Below, one piece after another: positions 55,905 through 64,000 of a stretch of 64,000 bases of DNA (position 1 is the stretch's first letter; each line of letters starts with the position of its first letter). The stretch comes from an uncultured delta proteobacterium (GTDB taxonomy: Bacteria; Myxococcota_A; Polyangia; Haliangiales; Haliangiaceae). The translations under genes were made by a program, and so were the position numbers. Location of the stretch: the NCBI GenBank assembly GCA_963848295.1, contig CAWKDB010000010.1:384001-448000 (forward strand), in the 5' to 3' direction. The notes beneath the pieces are model-generated. The model did no database searches. It was not told the DNA's origin and saw nothing but the letters and a program-made list of their open reading frames with translations.

Positions 55905-58217
55905 ATGATGCGGGCAGTCCTCCTCACGTTCGTCGCCCTGTTCGGGCTCGTCGCGGCTTCCGGCCGCGCCTACGCCGATATCTTGAAGTCGTCTCCCGGC
56001 GAGCTCGCGAAGAGCCACGCGGATCTCGATAGCCAGGACAAGTGCACGGCGTGCCACGAGCCCGACAACTCGATCTCCGCGAACAAGTGCCTCGGCTGTC
56101 ACGACCACCAGAACATGAAGAAGAAGATCGACGCGGGCGAAGGGTTCCACGCATCGCCGAAGGTGAAAGGTCGCGACTGCAAGCTGTGCCACCAAGAGCA
56201 TCGCGGTCGCGGCTTCGACTTGATGGGGTGGGCCGGTATCGGCGGCCAGAACGCGTTCGACCACAAGCTCACGACGTTCCCGCTCGACGGCAAGCACGCC
56301 GCGACGAGCTGCACGAGATGCCACACGACGACGAACCGTCAAGGCCTGCGCACGTTCCTCGGCGCCGACAAGCTGTGCGGCTCGTGCCATGCGAAGGACC
56401 AACCCCACGGCCAGGTCCGCGCGCTCGTCATGCAATGCGGCCGGTGCCACACCGAGGCCGAATGGAAACCGCAGAAGGCGACGCTCGACTTCGACCACAA
56501 CGACAAGAAGCAAGCCGCGATGGCGCTCGAGGGCACGCACGCCGATGTCGCTTGCTCGAAGTGCCACACGAAAGCGGCGTTCAAGCTGTCGCGCCCGGGT
56601 GACACGTGCGAGCAGTGTCACAAGAGTCCCCACGACGGACAGCTGTTCTCGACGAAGGCATGCTCGCTCTGCCATTCGCCGGTGCTCAAGTCGCTCCGTG
56701 AGGTCCAGTTCGATCACAAGAAGAACACCGGCTATCCACTCGTCGCGAAGCACGCGGCGCTGGCGTGCGAGACCTGCCACACCAAGGCGCTCGCGCTGAG
56801 AAAGCCGAACGGCGCGTGCGAGAGCTGTCATCAGAAAGACAACAAGCACGGGACGCGGTTCTCGAAGTTCCCCGCGTGCGCGACCTGCCATACGCAGCGC
56901 TCGTGGACCGCGAGCTATCAGTTCAACCACCGGACGAACACCGCGTTCCCGCTAACCGCAAAGCACGCGACCGTGAGCTGCCGCGCTTGTCACCGCGGGT
57001 CGCGGCCCGACGACTTCGAGCGGTTCGACATCAAGAACGGCTGCATGAGCTGCCACCAGCACAAGAAGGCGCACGGTGGTCAGTACAAGGAGAACCAGTG
57101 CCTGACCTGTCACAAGGAGGCAGGCAGCCCCGAGATCCGCCGCGAGCAAGCGATCGAGCAGTACCACGGGCCGAGCTCGAAGTTCCCGCTCGTCAACGCG
57201 CACGCGACGGTGAAGTGCGAGATGTGCCACATCAACGACGTCTATCAAAACACGCCGCGAGAGTGCGGCGTCACGTGTCACGAGGACTCGCTGCACAAGG
57301 GCACGCTCGGCCAGGAATGCTCGCGCTGTCACGAGCCCGGGCAATGGCCGGCCGTGCGCTTCGATCACAAGGACGACACGAAATGGCCGTTGAAGGGCAA
57401 GCACGCGGAGGTCAAGAACTGCGAGTCGTGCCACCCGGGGCGGGTCTATCACGGCACGCCGACGACCTGCGCCGCCTCCGGCTGCCACAAGAACGACGAC
57501 GTACATCAAGGCCAGCTCGGCACGGCGTGCGAGCGGTGCCACGACGAATCCGGCGCCGTGCTGTTCAAGCACAATCGCGATTCCAAGTTCAAGATCGACG
57601 GCGGCCACGTCTCGCTCGTGTGCGGGGCGTGCCACAAGACCGTCGCGTTCAAGCCGGTGCGGTCGGACTGCTTCGGCTGCCATCCCGAGCCGGCGATCCA
57701 CAAAGGTCGCTACGGTACCGAGTGCGAGCGGTGCCACTCGACCACGAGCTTCGGCGACATCAAGGCGCAGCACGACGTGGGCGACTTCTCGCTCGACGGT
57801 GCGCACGATCAGGTCCCGTGCGCGAGTTGCCACCCGCACGGCGAGAAGCTGCGCGGCTCCGGCAATTTGTGCGTGAATTGCCATCGCCGGGACGACATCC
57901 ACCAGGGCGCGCTGTCGCCGCGCTGTGGTGAGTGCCATACCCAGCGCGCGTTCGCGCCGGCGCGGTTCGATCACCTCAGCGTCGGTTGTTCGCTGATGGG
58001 GTTGCACTCGACGTTGCCGTGCGCGGACTGTCATCGCAATGGCAACTTCGGCGCGGTGTCGCCGATGTGCATCAGCTGCCATCGCAACGACGCGTTGCGA
58101 GTCGCGCAGCCCGATCATCGATCGAACGGTTACTTCGATTGTGGGTCGTGCCACAACCCGACGGCGTGGCTGCCCGCGCGAGCCAAGCCTCTCGGGCGTG
58201 AGACCGTATGTCGATAG
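55905..58217 (+). CDS. 30-haem periplasmic cytochrome c (c3/c7-like tri-haem repeats)
   Basis: Signal peptide; hand count of 28 CxxCH, 1 Cx3CH and 1 Cx4CH; repeated FDH...FPL.G.H. Confidence 0.93.
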   Translation: MMRAVLLTFVALFGLVAASGRAYADILKSSPGELAKSHADLDSQDKCTACHEPDNSISANKCLGCHDHQNMKKKIDAGEGFHASPKVKGRDCKLCHQEHRGRGFDLMGWAGIGGQNAFDHKLTTFPLDGKHAATSCTRCHTTTNRQGLRTFLGADKLCGSCHAKDQPHGQVRALVMQCGRCHTEAEWKPQKATLDFDHNDKKQAAMALEGTHADVACSKCHTKAAFKLSRPGDTCEQCHKSPHDGQLFSTKACSLCHSPVLKSLREVQFDHKKNTGYPLVAKHAALACETCHTKALALRKPNGACESCHQKDNKHGTRFSKFPACATCHTQRSWTASYQFNHRTNTAFPLTAKHATVSCRACHRGSRPDDFERFDIKNGCMSCHQHKKAHGGQYKENQCLTCHKEAGSPEIRREQAIEQYHGPSSKFPLVNAHATVKCEMCHINDVYQNTPRECGVTCHEDSLHKGTLGQECSRCHEPGQWPAVRFDHKDDTKWPLKGKHAEVKNCESCHPGRVYHGTPTTCAASGCHKNDDVHQGQLGTACERCHDESGAVLFKHNRDSKFKIDGGHVSLVCGACHKTVAFKPVRSDCFGCHPEPAIHKGRYGTECERCHSTTSFGDIKAQHDVGDFSLDGAHDQVPCASCHPHGEKLRGSGNLCVNCHRRDDIHQGALSPRCGECHTQRAFAPARFDHLSVGCSLMGLHSTLPCADCHRNGNFGAVSPMCISCHRNDALRVAQPDHRSNGYFDCGSCHNPTAWLPARAKPLGRETVCR

Positions 58218-59818
58218 CGCGGGTCACAACGCTCGCGCTTGTCGCGCTTCACGGCGTGGCGCTCGCCGACGGCGACGCGACGACGACCGGCGTGACCACC
58301 ACGGCTCCGGACACCGACCCACTCGACGTCCGGCTGACGCTGTCGTCCTTCCTTTATCAACAGAGTGGCAAGGACGCCGCGCCGATCGTCGACTCCGGCT
58401 CGACGCTGCAGAATGCGAGTCCGGTGCGCCGCGTGTTCGGCGACATGCGCGGCGAGATCTCGGACTCGGGGTTCGCGCTCGACGGCCGCGTGCGCGAGAC
58501 GACGACCGACGACTATCAATCGGGCGCGGTCGGCGGAAGCGAGTACGAGATCCGGACGCTCGACTACCGGCTCGGCTCGCGCGCGACAAACCTGACGATC
58601 GGCCGGCAATTCATCTCGTCGGTCGGCGAGACCAAGGTCGACGGTCTGTCGTTCAACCACGAGCTCGCCTCGGCGCTGTCCGCGACCGTGTTCGTGGGCG
58701 CGTTTCCGCAACTCGGCTCGCGCTCACTCGACACCGACTACATCCACTTCAAGGATCCGATCACGGGCGGCAACGAGGCGTTGATCGTTCCAGTCGTCGG
58801 CGGCGTCGGCATCACGTATCAGACGCTGAACTATCACGGCGACCTCGGTGCGGCCGGGCTGTACGCGCCCGAGTCCCTGCCCGACGCCTCGGCCGACGAG
58901 AAGTCGCGCGTATTCGCGGCCTCGAGCGGTTACTGGCGCCCGGCTTCGATCCTCGACATCTATCACTTCGCACTGCTCGACGTCGTCGGCGCCGACGGCG
59001 TCAACTTGACCGACGGCAGCGTCGGCATCGACCTACGCCCGATCTCGAACGTCGTGTTATCGGCGAGCGCGATCCACATCAGCACGGACCTCCTACAGAT
59101 CGACGCGCGCAACTACCTCACCGACCCGGACCCGAGCGCGATCGGTGTCGTTCAGAACAACGTCGCGCTGCTCAAGATCGCGAACGATATGGTACGGGGC
59201 TCGGCCAGCGTCTCGTTCGCGGAGCGGCGGTTCGAGATCTCGGGCTCCGGCGGTCTCCACGTGCGGCCGAGCGTGACGGTGCCGCTCCCGCTGTCCGACG
59301 GCACCACCGGTGAGCTCGTCATGCCGGAGGAGCGTTCGATCGACGCGACCGTCACGATCCTCGATCGCCGTTCGATCGCCGGCCTGCGAATCGCGGTGTC
59401 CGGCAGCATCATCGATCCGCTCGGCACGAAGACGCCGAATCGCTCGCGCGGCACGGTCGGTCGGTTGTCCGCGAGCCGGACGTTCGCGCTGCAACGCGGC
59501 CAGATCGAGGCCGACGTCATGGCCGAGTCGTTCGACGACATCGGCAGCGCGCAGCAATGCTCGACGTATACGAACCCACTCGCATGCTACGGCACGGCGC
59601 ATACGACCGCAGGCCAGGCCGGCGCGCTCGGCTCATGGCGCGTCGGTCGCGAGTGGCTCGTGCTCGCCGACTTCCACGTCGGGTATCAAAAGATCGGCTC
59701 GACGTTCGTCACGATGGACCCGACCGATCCGTCGTCACCGCTCGTCGACATGCCGATTCACTGGCCGGGAGTCATCTCGGTCACCGCGTTCGCACGTGTG
59801 CAATGGCGGTTCCGCTAG
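58208..59818 (+). CDS. Putative outer-membrane porin
   Basis: Signal peptide, LTIGRQF, KVDGL, many amphipathic strands, terminal VQWRFR; lies between two multihaem genes. Confidence 0.75.
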   Translation: MSIARVTTLALVALHGVALADGDATTTGVTTTAPDTDPLDVRLTLSSFLYQQSGKDAAPIVDSGSTLQNASPVRRVFGDMRGEISDSGFALDGRVRETTTDDYQSGAVGGSEYEIRTLDYRLGSRATNLTIGRQFISSVGETKVDGLSFNHELASALSATVFVGAFPQLGSRSLDTDYIHFKDPITGGNEALIVPVVGGVGITYQTLNYHGDLGAAGLYAPESLPDASADEKSRVFAASSGYWRPASILDIYHFALLDVVGADGVNLTDGSVGIDLRPISNVVLSASAIHISTDLLQIDARNYLTDPDPSAIGVVQNNVALLKIANDMVRGSASVSFAERRFEISGSGGLHVRPSVTVPLPLSDGTTGELVMPEERSIDATVTILDRRSIAGLRIAVSGSIIDPLGTKTPNRSRGTVGRLSASRTFALQRGQIEADVMAESFDDIGSAQQCSTYTNPLACYGTAHTTAGQAGALGSWRVGREWLVLADFHVGYQKIGSTFVTMDPTDPSSPLVDMPIHWPGVISVTAFARVQWRFR

Positions 59819-59884
59819 TGCGGCAAGCGCACGGTGCGCGCACAGGTCGTACACGCCAGGGATGCGCTGGCGCGGGCTTTCGCC

Positions 59885-59900
59885 TGGTCCTTCGTTTGCT
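59885..59900 (+). promoter_or_regulatory. Possible sigma-54 promoter
   Basis: TGGTCCTTCGTTTGCT (GG-N10-GC) upstream of the GTG at 59914. Confidence 0.45.
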
Positions 59901-59913
59901 CCACGCCAAGGCT

Positions 59914-62900
59914 GTGCGCGCGTCTACAGCATTCGGCGTCGCGACGCTCGTTGTGCTCGCGGCGTGCAACCTGGGCAACCACGAGCCGTCCGAAGCCGGC
60001 GTAGGTCAGCTGCCTCCATCCGACGCCTGCTCCGGCGTATGCCACGGCTCCGGGCCGAGCATCGCTCCGCCGCGCGATGCTGAAGGCAACAGCCTGACCT
60101 CGGCGAAAGGCGTCGGCGCGCATCAAGCCCACTTGCTGGCCTCGTCGCCCTGGCACGCGACGTTCACGTGCGTGACGTGTCACAAGGTGCCCGCCCAGGT
60201 CGGCGACCCCGGCCACATCTTCAACTACGGCGCCGATGGCACGCCGATCCCGATCACCGGTCCGGCGGTGCCCACGTTCACCGGGCTCGCGGTCGGCGCG
60301 CTGTACGACGAAGACAGCGGGACCTGCACGAACACGTACTGTCACGGCGACACCCTGCACGGCACGAACGCGACGACGAACATGGTGATGGGCGACGGCG
60401 GCGGAACGCTGACCAAGCCGGTGTGGACCCAAGTCGATGGCACCGCAAACCAGTGCGGGTCGTGTCATGGCCTGCCGCCGCCGGCGCCGCATCCGCAGAA
60501 TCAGGACTGCGGTCAGTGCCACCAGTCGATGAACCCCGGCGACTTCGCGGCCGGAAAGATCTCCTACCCCGCGCTCCACATCGACGGTGTCGTCGAGGTC
60601 GCGTCGTCCGAGGCGTGCGATTCGTGTCACGGCGGGAGCGGCCAATACGCTCCGCCCAAGGATGCCCACGGCAATACGCTGACGACCGCGCCCGGCGTCG
60701 GCGCACACGCGCAGCACATGACGACGTCGTCGACGTGGCATGCACCGATCGACTGCAACGAGTGTCATCAGGTGCCGGGCAGCACGACCGACTTGACCCA
60801 CCTCGACGGCATCGACGAGGTCTATCTCGATCCGACCGTCCCGGTGCCCGGTTCGACCACCGGGACCACCGGCGGCAAGCTGCAGATTCCCGGCGCGGTG
60901 TGGAACGCGAACAACTACACGTGCTCGAACACGTACTGCCACGGCGGCGGGACGACGACTCCGCTGACCGGCGGCGCGACCGTGACGCCGTTGTGGACCA
61001 AGGTCGACGGCACCCAGAGTCAATGCCAGTCCTGCCACGGCTTCCCGCCACCGACGCCCCATCCGCAGGACTCCGACTGCGGCAAGTGCCACCCGACGAT
61101 GACGGCGGGCGACAACACGACGATCACGTATCCGGCCAAGCACATCGACGGCAACGTCGACGTCATCAACGATCAACCCTGCAACAACTGCCACGGTGAC
61201 AAGAGCGCGACGCCGGTCGTTGGCGACAACATCGTCAACGCTCCGCCGACCGATACCCACGGCAACACCGCGACGAACCTCATCGGCGTCGGTGCCCACG
61301 CGTCTCACATGCAGGCGTCGAGCTGGCGCGCTGCGATCGCGTGCACGCAATGTCACACCGTGCCGACGTCACTCGAGTCGATCGGCCACATCGATCACCC
61401 GCTGCCCGCGTACGTCCGGTTCGGATCCCTCGCCGGCTCGACCGCGGTCTGGAACGAATCGACGTGCAGCAACACGTACTGCCACGGTGCGACGCTGAGC
61501 TACATGGGCGTCGGCGCCGGCGGCACCGCGACGACGCCGGTGTGGACGAAGGTCGATGGCTCGCAGAGCACGTGCGGATCCTGTCACGGCTTGCCACCTC
61601 CATCGCCGCATCCGCAAGACGCCGACTGCGGCAAGTGCCACAACACGATGACGCCCGGGGGCGGCTTGGTGATCACCGATCCGACGCGTCACATCGACGG
61701 CAACCTCGACGTCGACGACGACAAGCCATGCAATTTCTGCCACGGCAACGCCAGCGCCACGCCGAGCTCGAACAGCGACCCGGTCAACGCACCACCGCTC
61801 GATACGCTCGGCAACAGCTCGACCGCCGATCGCGGCGTCGGCGCGCACCAATCGCACCTCTCGCCGTCGAATCTATTCTTCAAGGCGATCGTATGCAGCG
61901 ACTGTCACACCGTGCCCGCGACGGTGAACTCGGTCGGTCACATCGATCACGCGCTACCCGCGTACATGAAGTTCAGCGCGCGCGCCGGCTCGAGCCCGAC
62001 GTGGAACGGCGCGATCTGCAGCAACGTCTACTGTCACGGCTCGAGCCTTACCGACGGTAGCACCGGCGCCGGCGGCTCGGCGACGTCGCCGATCTGGGCG
62101 AAGGTCGACGGCTCGCAAGCACAGTGCTCGTCGTGTCACGGCAACCCACCGCCCGCGCCGCATGCGCAGGATCCCGACTGCGGCAAGTGCCACAACGACG
62201 TCACGCTCGGCTCGCCGACCGTGTTCAGCGATCCGACGCGTCACATCGACGGCAACCTCGACGTCACCTCGGATCAGCCGTGCAACACCTGCCACGGCGA
62301 TAGCACCGCCACGCCCACCGGCGGCGGTGACCCGGTCAATGCGCCGCCGACCGATACCACCGGCGGCTCCGCGCCGACGCTGCGCGGCGTCGGCGCGCAC
62401 CAAGCGCACCTCACCGGTGGATCGACGTGGCACGCGGTCGTGAACTGCGTCGAGTGCCACGCGGTGCCGACCTCGGTCGAGCCGCATGCGAGCCAGCCGC
62501 TGCCGGCCTCGATGGCGTTCAGCGGCGTCGCCGCGACCGGGACCGGGACGACCTGGGACGGCGCGAACTGCAGCTCGTATTGCCACGGCTCGACGCTCGC
62601 CGCCGGTGGCGCCGATACGTCGCCGGACTGGACCCTGGTCGATGGCTCGCAAGAGCAGTGCACGTCGTGCCACGGCAATCCGCCGCCCGCGCCGCACCCG
62701 CAAGATGCGGCCGACTGCGGCTCGTGCCACATGGACGTCATGCTGGGCTCGCCGACCGTGTTCACCGCTCCATCGATGCACATCGACGGCATCGTCGAGG
62801 TCAGCCAGGTTCATCCGGCCGGCTACGACCAGGTCGCGATGCACGGCTACGACTACGACAAGCAGGGCCAGACCAACTGCGCGACATCGGGCTGTCACGG

Positions 62901-63648
62901 CACGACGCTGCTCGGTGGCTCGACCGGCGGCCCGTCGTGCTCGACGAACAACTATAACGGCGGCGGCTGCCACTCGACGACGATCGCGACCGGCTACACG
63001 TGGCAGACCCAGTGCACGTTCTGCCACGGCGATATCACGACGCCGTCCGGCAACGGCGCGCCACCGCAAGGCGTCGAAGGTGCCACCGCTCCGACCGATC
63101 CGACCGTCGGCGCTCACCAGATCCATCTCGGCGCGACGCTGACCCACGCCACGTGGGACTGCACGATGTGCCACGTCAAGCCGACGTCGGCGACGAGCCC
63201 TGGGCACATCAGCGGCAACGGCACCGACACCGCGAAGATGACGTTCTCGACGCTCAACCCATCCGCGACGTACAACACGACGGCGTATACGTGCGGCACC
63301 ACGTATTGCCATGGCAACGGCCAGACGACCGCCACGTCGCCGGCGTGGACCTCGACCACGGCTCTGACCTGTAACTCGTGTCACAAGACGCCAGCCCCGG
63401 GCGGCTCGGCGTCGGGCATGTCGGGCGAGCACAGCACGCACATCGGGGACCAACGGATGAAGTGCTCGCAGTGCCACTCGACCGTGGTCGACACGACGCC
63501 GAACATCATCAACGTGCTGCTTCACATCAACGGTACGAAGGACGTCAACTTCTCCGGGGGCGGCACGTGGACGCCGTCTGGTACGAGCGGTTCGTGCTCC
63601 GGCCTCGGCGGCAACTGCCACGGAACCAAGAGCTGGAATGGAGGGTGA
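59914..63648 (+). CDS. Giant multihaem cytochrome c lipoprotein (CxxxxCH...CxxCH repeat family), up to 33 haems
   Basis: Lipobox LAAC; hand count of 23 CxxCH, 2 Cx3CH, 6 Cx4CH, 1 Cx6CH, 1 Cx9CH; five tandem penta-haem units. Confidence 0.92.
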   Translation: MRASTAFGVATLVVLAACNLGNHEPSEAGVGQLPPSDACSGVCHGSGPSIAPPRDAEGNSLTSAKGVGAHQAHLLASSPWHATFTCVTCHKVPAQVGDPGHIFNYGADGTPIPITGPAVPTFTGLAVGALYDEDSGTCTNTYCHGDTLHGTNATTNMVMGDGGGTLTKPVWTQVDGTANQCGSCHGLPPPAPHPQNQDCGQCHQSMNPGDFAAGKISYPALHIDGVVEVASSEACDSCHGGSGQYAPPKDAHGNTLTTAPGVGAHAQHMTTSSTWHAPIDCNECHQVPGSTTDLTHLDGIDEVYLDPTVPVPGSTTGTTGGKLQIPGAVWNANNYTCSNTYCHGGGTTTPLTGGATVTPLWTKVDGTQSQCQSCHGFPPPTPHPQDSDCGKCHPTMTAGDNTTITYPAKHIDGNVDVINDQPCNNCHGDKSATPVVGDNIVNAPPTDTHGNTATNLIGVGAHASHMQASSWRAAIACTQCHTVPTSLESIGHIDHPLPAYVRFGSLAGSTAVWNESTCSNTYCHGATLSYMGVGAGGTATTPVWTKVDGSQSTCGSCHGLPPPSPHPQDADCGKCHNTMTPGGGLVITDPTRHIDGNLDVDDDKPCNFCHGNASATPSSNSDPVNAPPLDTLGNSSTADRGVGAHQSHLSPSNLFFKAIVCSDCHTVPATVNSVGHIDHALPAYMKFSARAGSSPTWNGAICSNVYCHGSSLTDGSTGAGGSATSPIWAKVDGSQAQCSSCHGNPPPAPHAQDPDCGKCHNDVTLGSPTVFSDPTRHIDGNLDVTSDQPCNTCHGDSTATPTGGGDPVNAPPTDTTGGSAPTLRGVGAHQAHLTGGSTWHAVVNCVECHAVPTSVEPHASQPLPASMAFSGVAATGTGTTWDGANCSSYCHGSTLAAGGADTSPDWTLVDGSQEQCTSCHGNPPPAPHPQDAADCGSCHMDVMLGSPTVFTAPSMHIDGIVEVSQVHPAGYDQVAMHGYDYDKQGQTNCATSGCHGTTLLGGSTGGPSCSTNNYNGGGCHSTTIATGYTWQTQCTFCHGDITTPSGNGAPPQGVEGATAPTDPTVGAHQIHLGATLTHATWDCTMCHVKPTSATSPGHISGNGTDTAKMTFSTLNPSATYNTTAYTCGTTYCHGNGQTTATSPAWTSTTALTCNSCHKTPAPGGSASGMSGEHSTHIGDQRMKCSQCHSTVVDTTPNIINVLLHINGTKDVNFSGGGTWTPSGTSGSCSGLGGNCHGTKSWNGG

Positions 63649-63651
63649 CAC

Positions 63652-64000
63652 ATGAACAGATCGCTGCTGCTGATCGCACTCATCGCTGGGTGTCAATCCG
63701 GCTCATCGACGAGCGGCTCTGGGCTGCCGGCGGCGAGCAGCTGGAATGCCGATCCGACGGCCGCGACCGCCGCGCCGATCGGCGCCGCGCCGCACGGGAC
63801 GATCCATACCGACGTCAACAAGCTCGGCCTGCCGCCGCCGGACCCGCACCGCACGATGGATCCGACCCACCACGTGCGCGGCGTGATCCACGCACCGCCG
63901 GATGCGAAGGTCGCGGCCGGCACCGCGGTCTTCGTCGTGGCAAAACGGACCGATGCGTCGGGCGCGCCGTCCGGACCGCCGGTCGCAGTCCGGCGCTTGA
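63652..64000 (+). CDS. Lipoprotein with a CcmH/CycH-like Ig domain (partial)
   Basis: Lipobox IAGC; VRGVI...AVFVVAKR...GPPVAVRRL; open to the window end. Confidence 0.65.
   Translation, partial: MNRSLLLIALIAGCQSGSSTSGSGLPAASSWNADPTAATAAPIGAAPHGTIHTDVNKLGLPPPDPHRTMDPTHHVRGVIHAPPDAKVAAGTAVFVVAKRTDASGAPSGPPVAVRRL

Noticed and set aside
55905..63648. Assigning mtrA/mtrB/mtrC or omc gene symbols
   Set aside because: Haem counts and repeat types differ from the decahaem Mtr proteins; the similarity is architectural only
5060..64000. attR copy of the tRNA-Leu 3' end
   Set aside because: Only short chance matches inside genes (e.g. CCCCGATCGC near 9540) were found by eye; the island's right boundary is undefined

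Overview
High-GC bacterial window; the gene content (ECF sigma/Ser-Thr kinase pair, RCC1 lipoproteins, multiheme cytochromes) suggests Myxococcota, which is an inference. It has three zones. (1) 1-4.9 kb: a partial Ig-like lipoprotein gene and a POTRA-domain gene interrupted in its last codons by a 2.3-kb IS with terminal inverted repeats and a 6-bp target duplication. (2) 5-36 kb: an accessory island starting at tRNA-Leu(CAG), with tyrosine integrase, excisionase-like HTH, an unknown ORF and a divergent WYL regulator separated by a 12-bp repeat array. Cargo includes RCC1 lipoproteins, a HEPN protein, immunity-like genes, IS3, IS256 and ISAzo13 elements or remnants, an ECF-sigma fusion, and a kinase-sigma pair. 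A TGCAAC-N15-GCATCG motif recurs four times upstream of genes in this zone. (3) 36-64 kb: two-component genes, then a large envelope redox locus. It encodes a CxxCH-porin fusion with small cytochromes, DUF4266/DUF3570/TlpA/DsbD, an FAD/4Fe-4S oxidoreductase and a cNMP-like/4x[4Fe-4S]/di-haem-b membrane protein. These last two are divergent from an SH3-barrel protein, a 30-haem cytochrome, a porin, a 33-haem lipoprotein and a CcmH/CycH-like gene. The best candidate for an undescribed system is this putative cytoplasm-to-surface electron conduit. All family calls come from motif recognition by eye, not from database searches.
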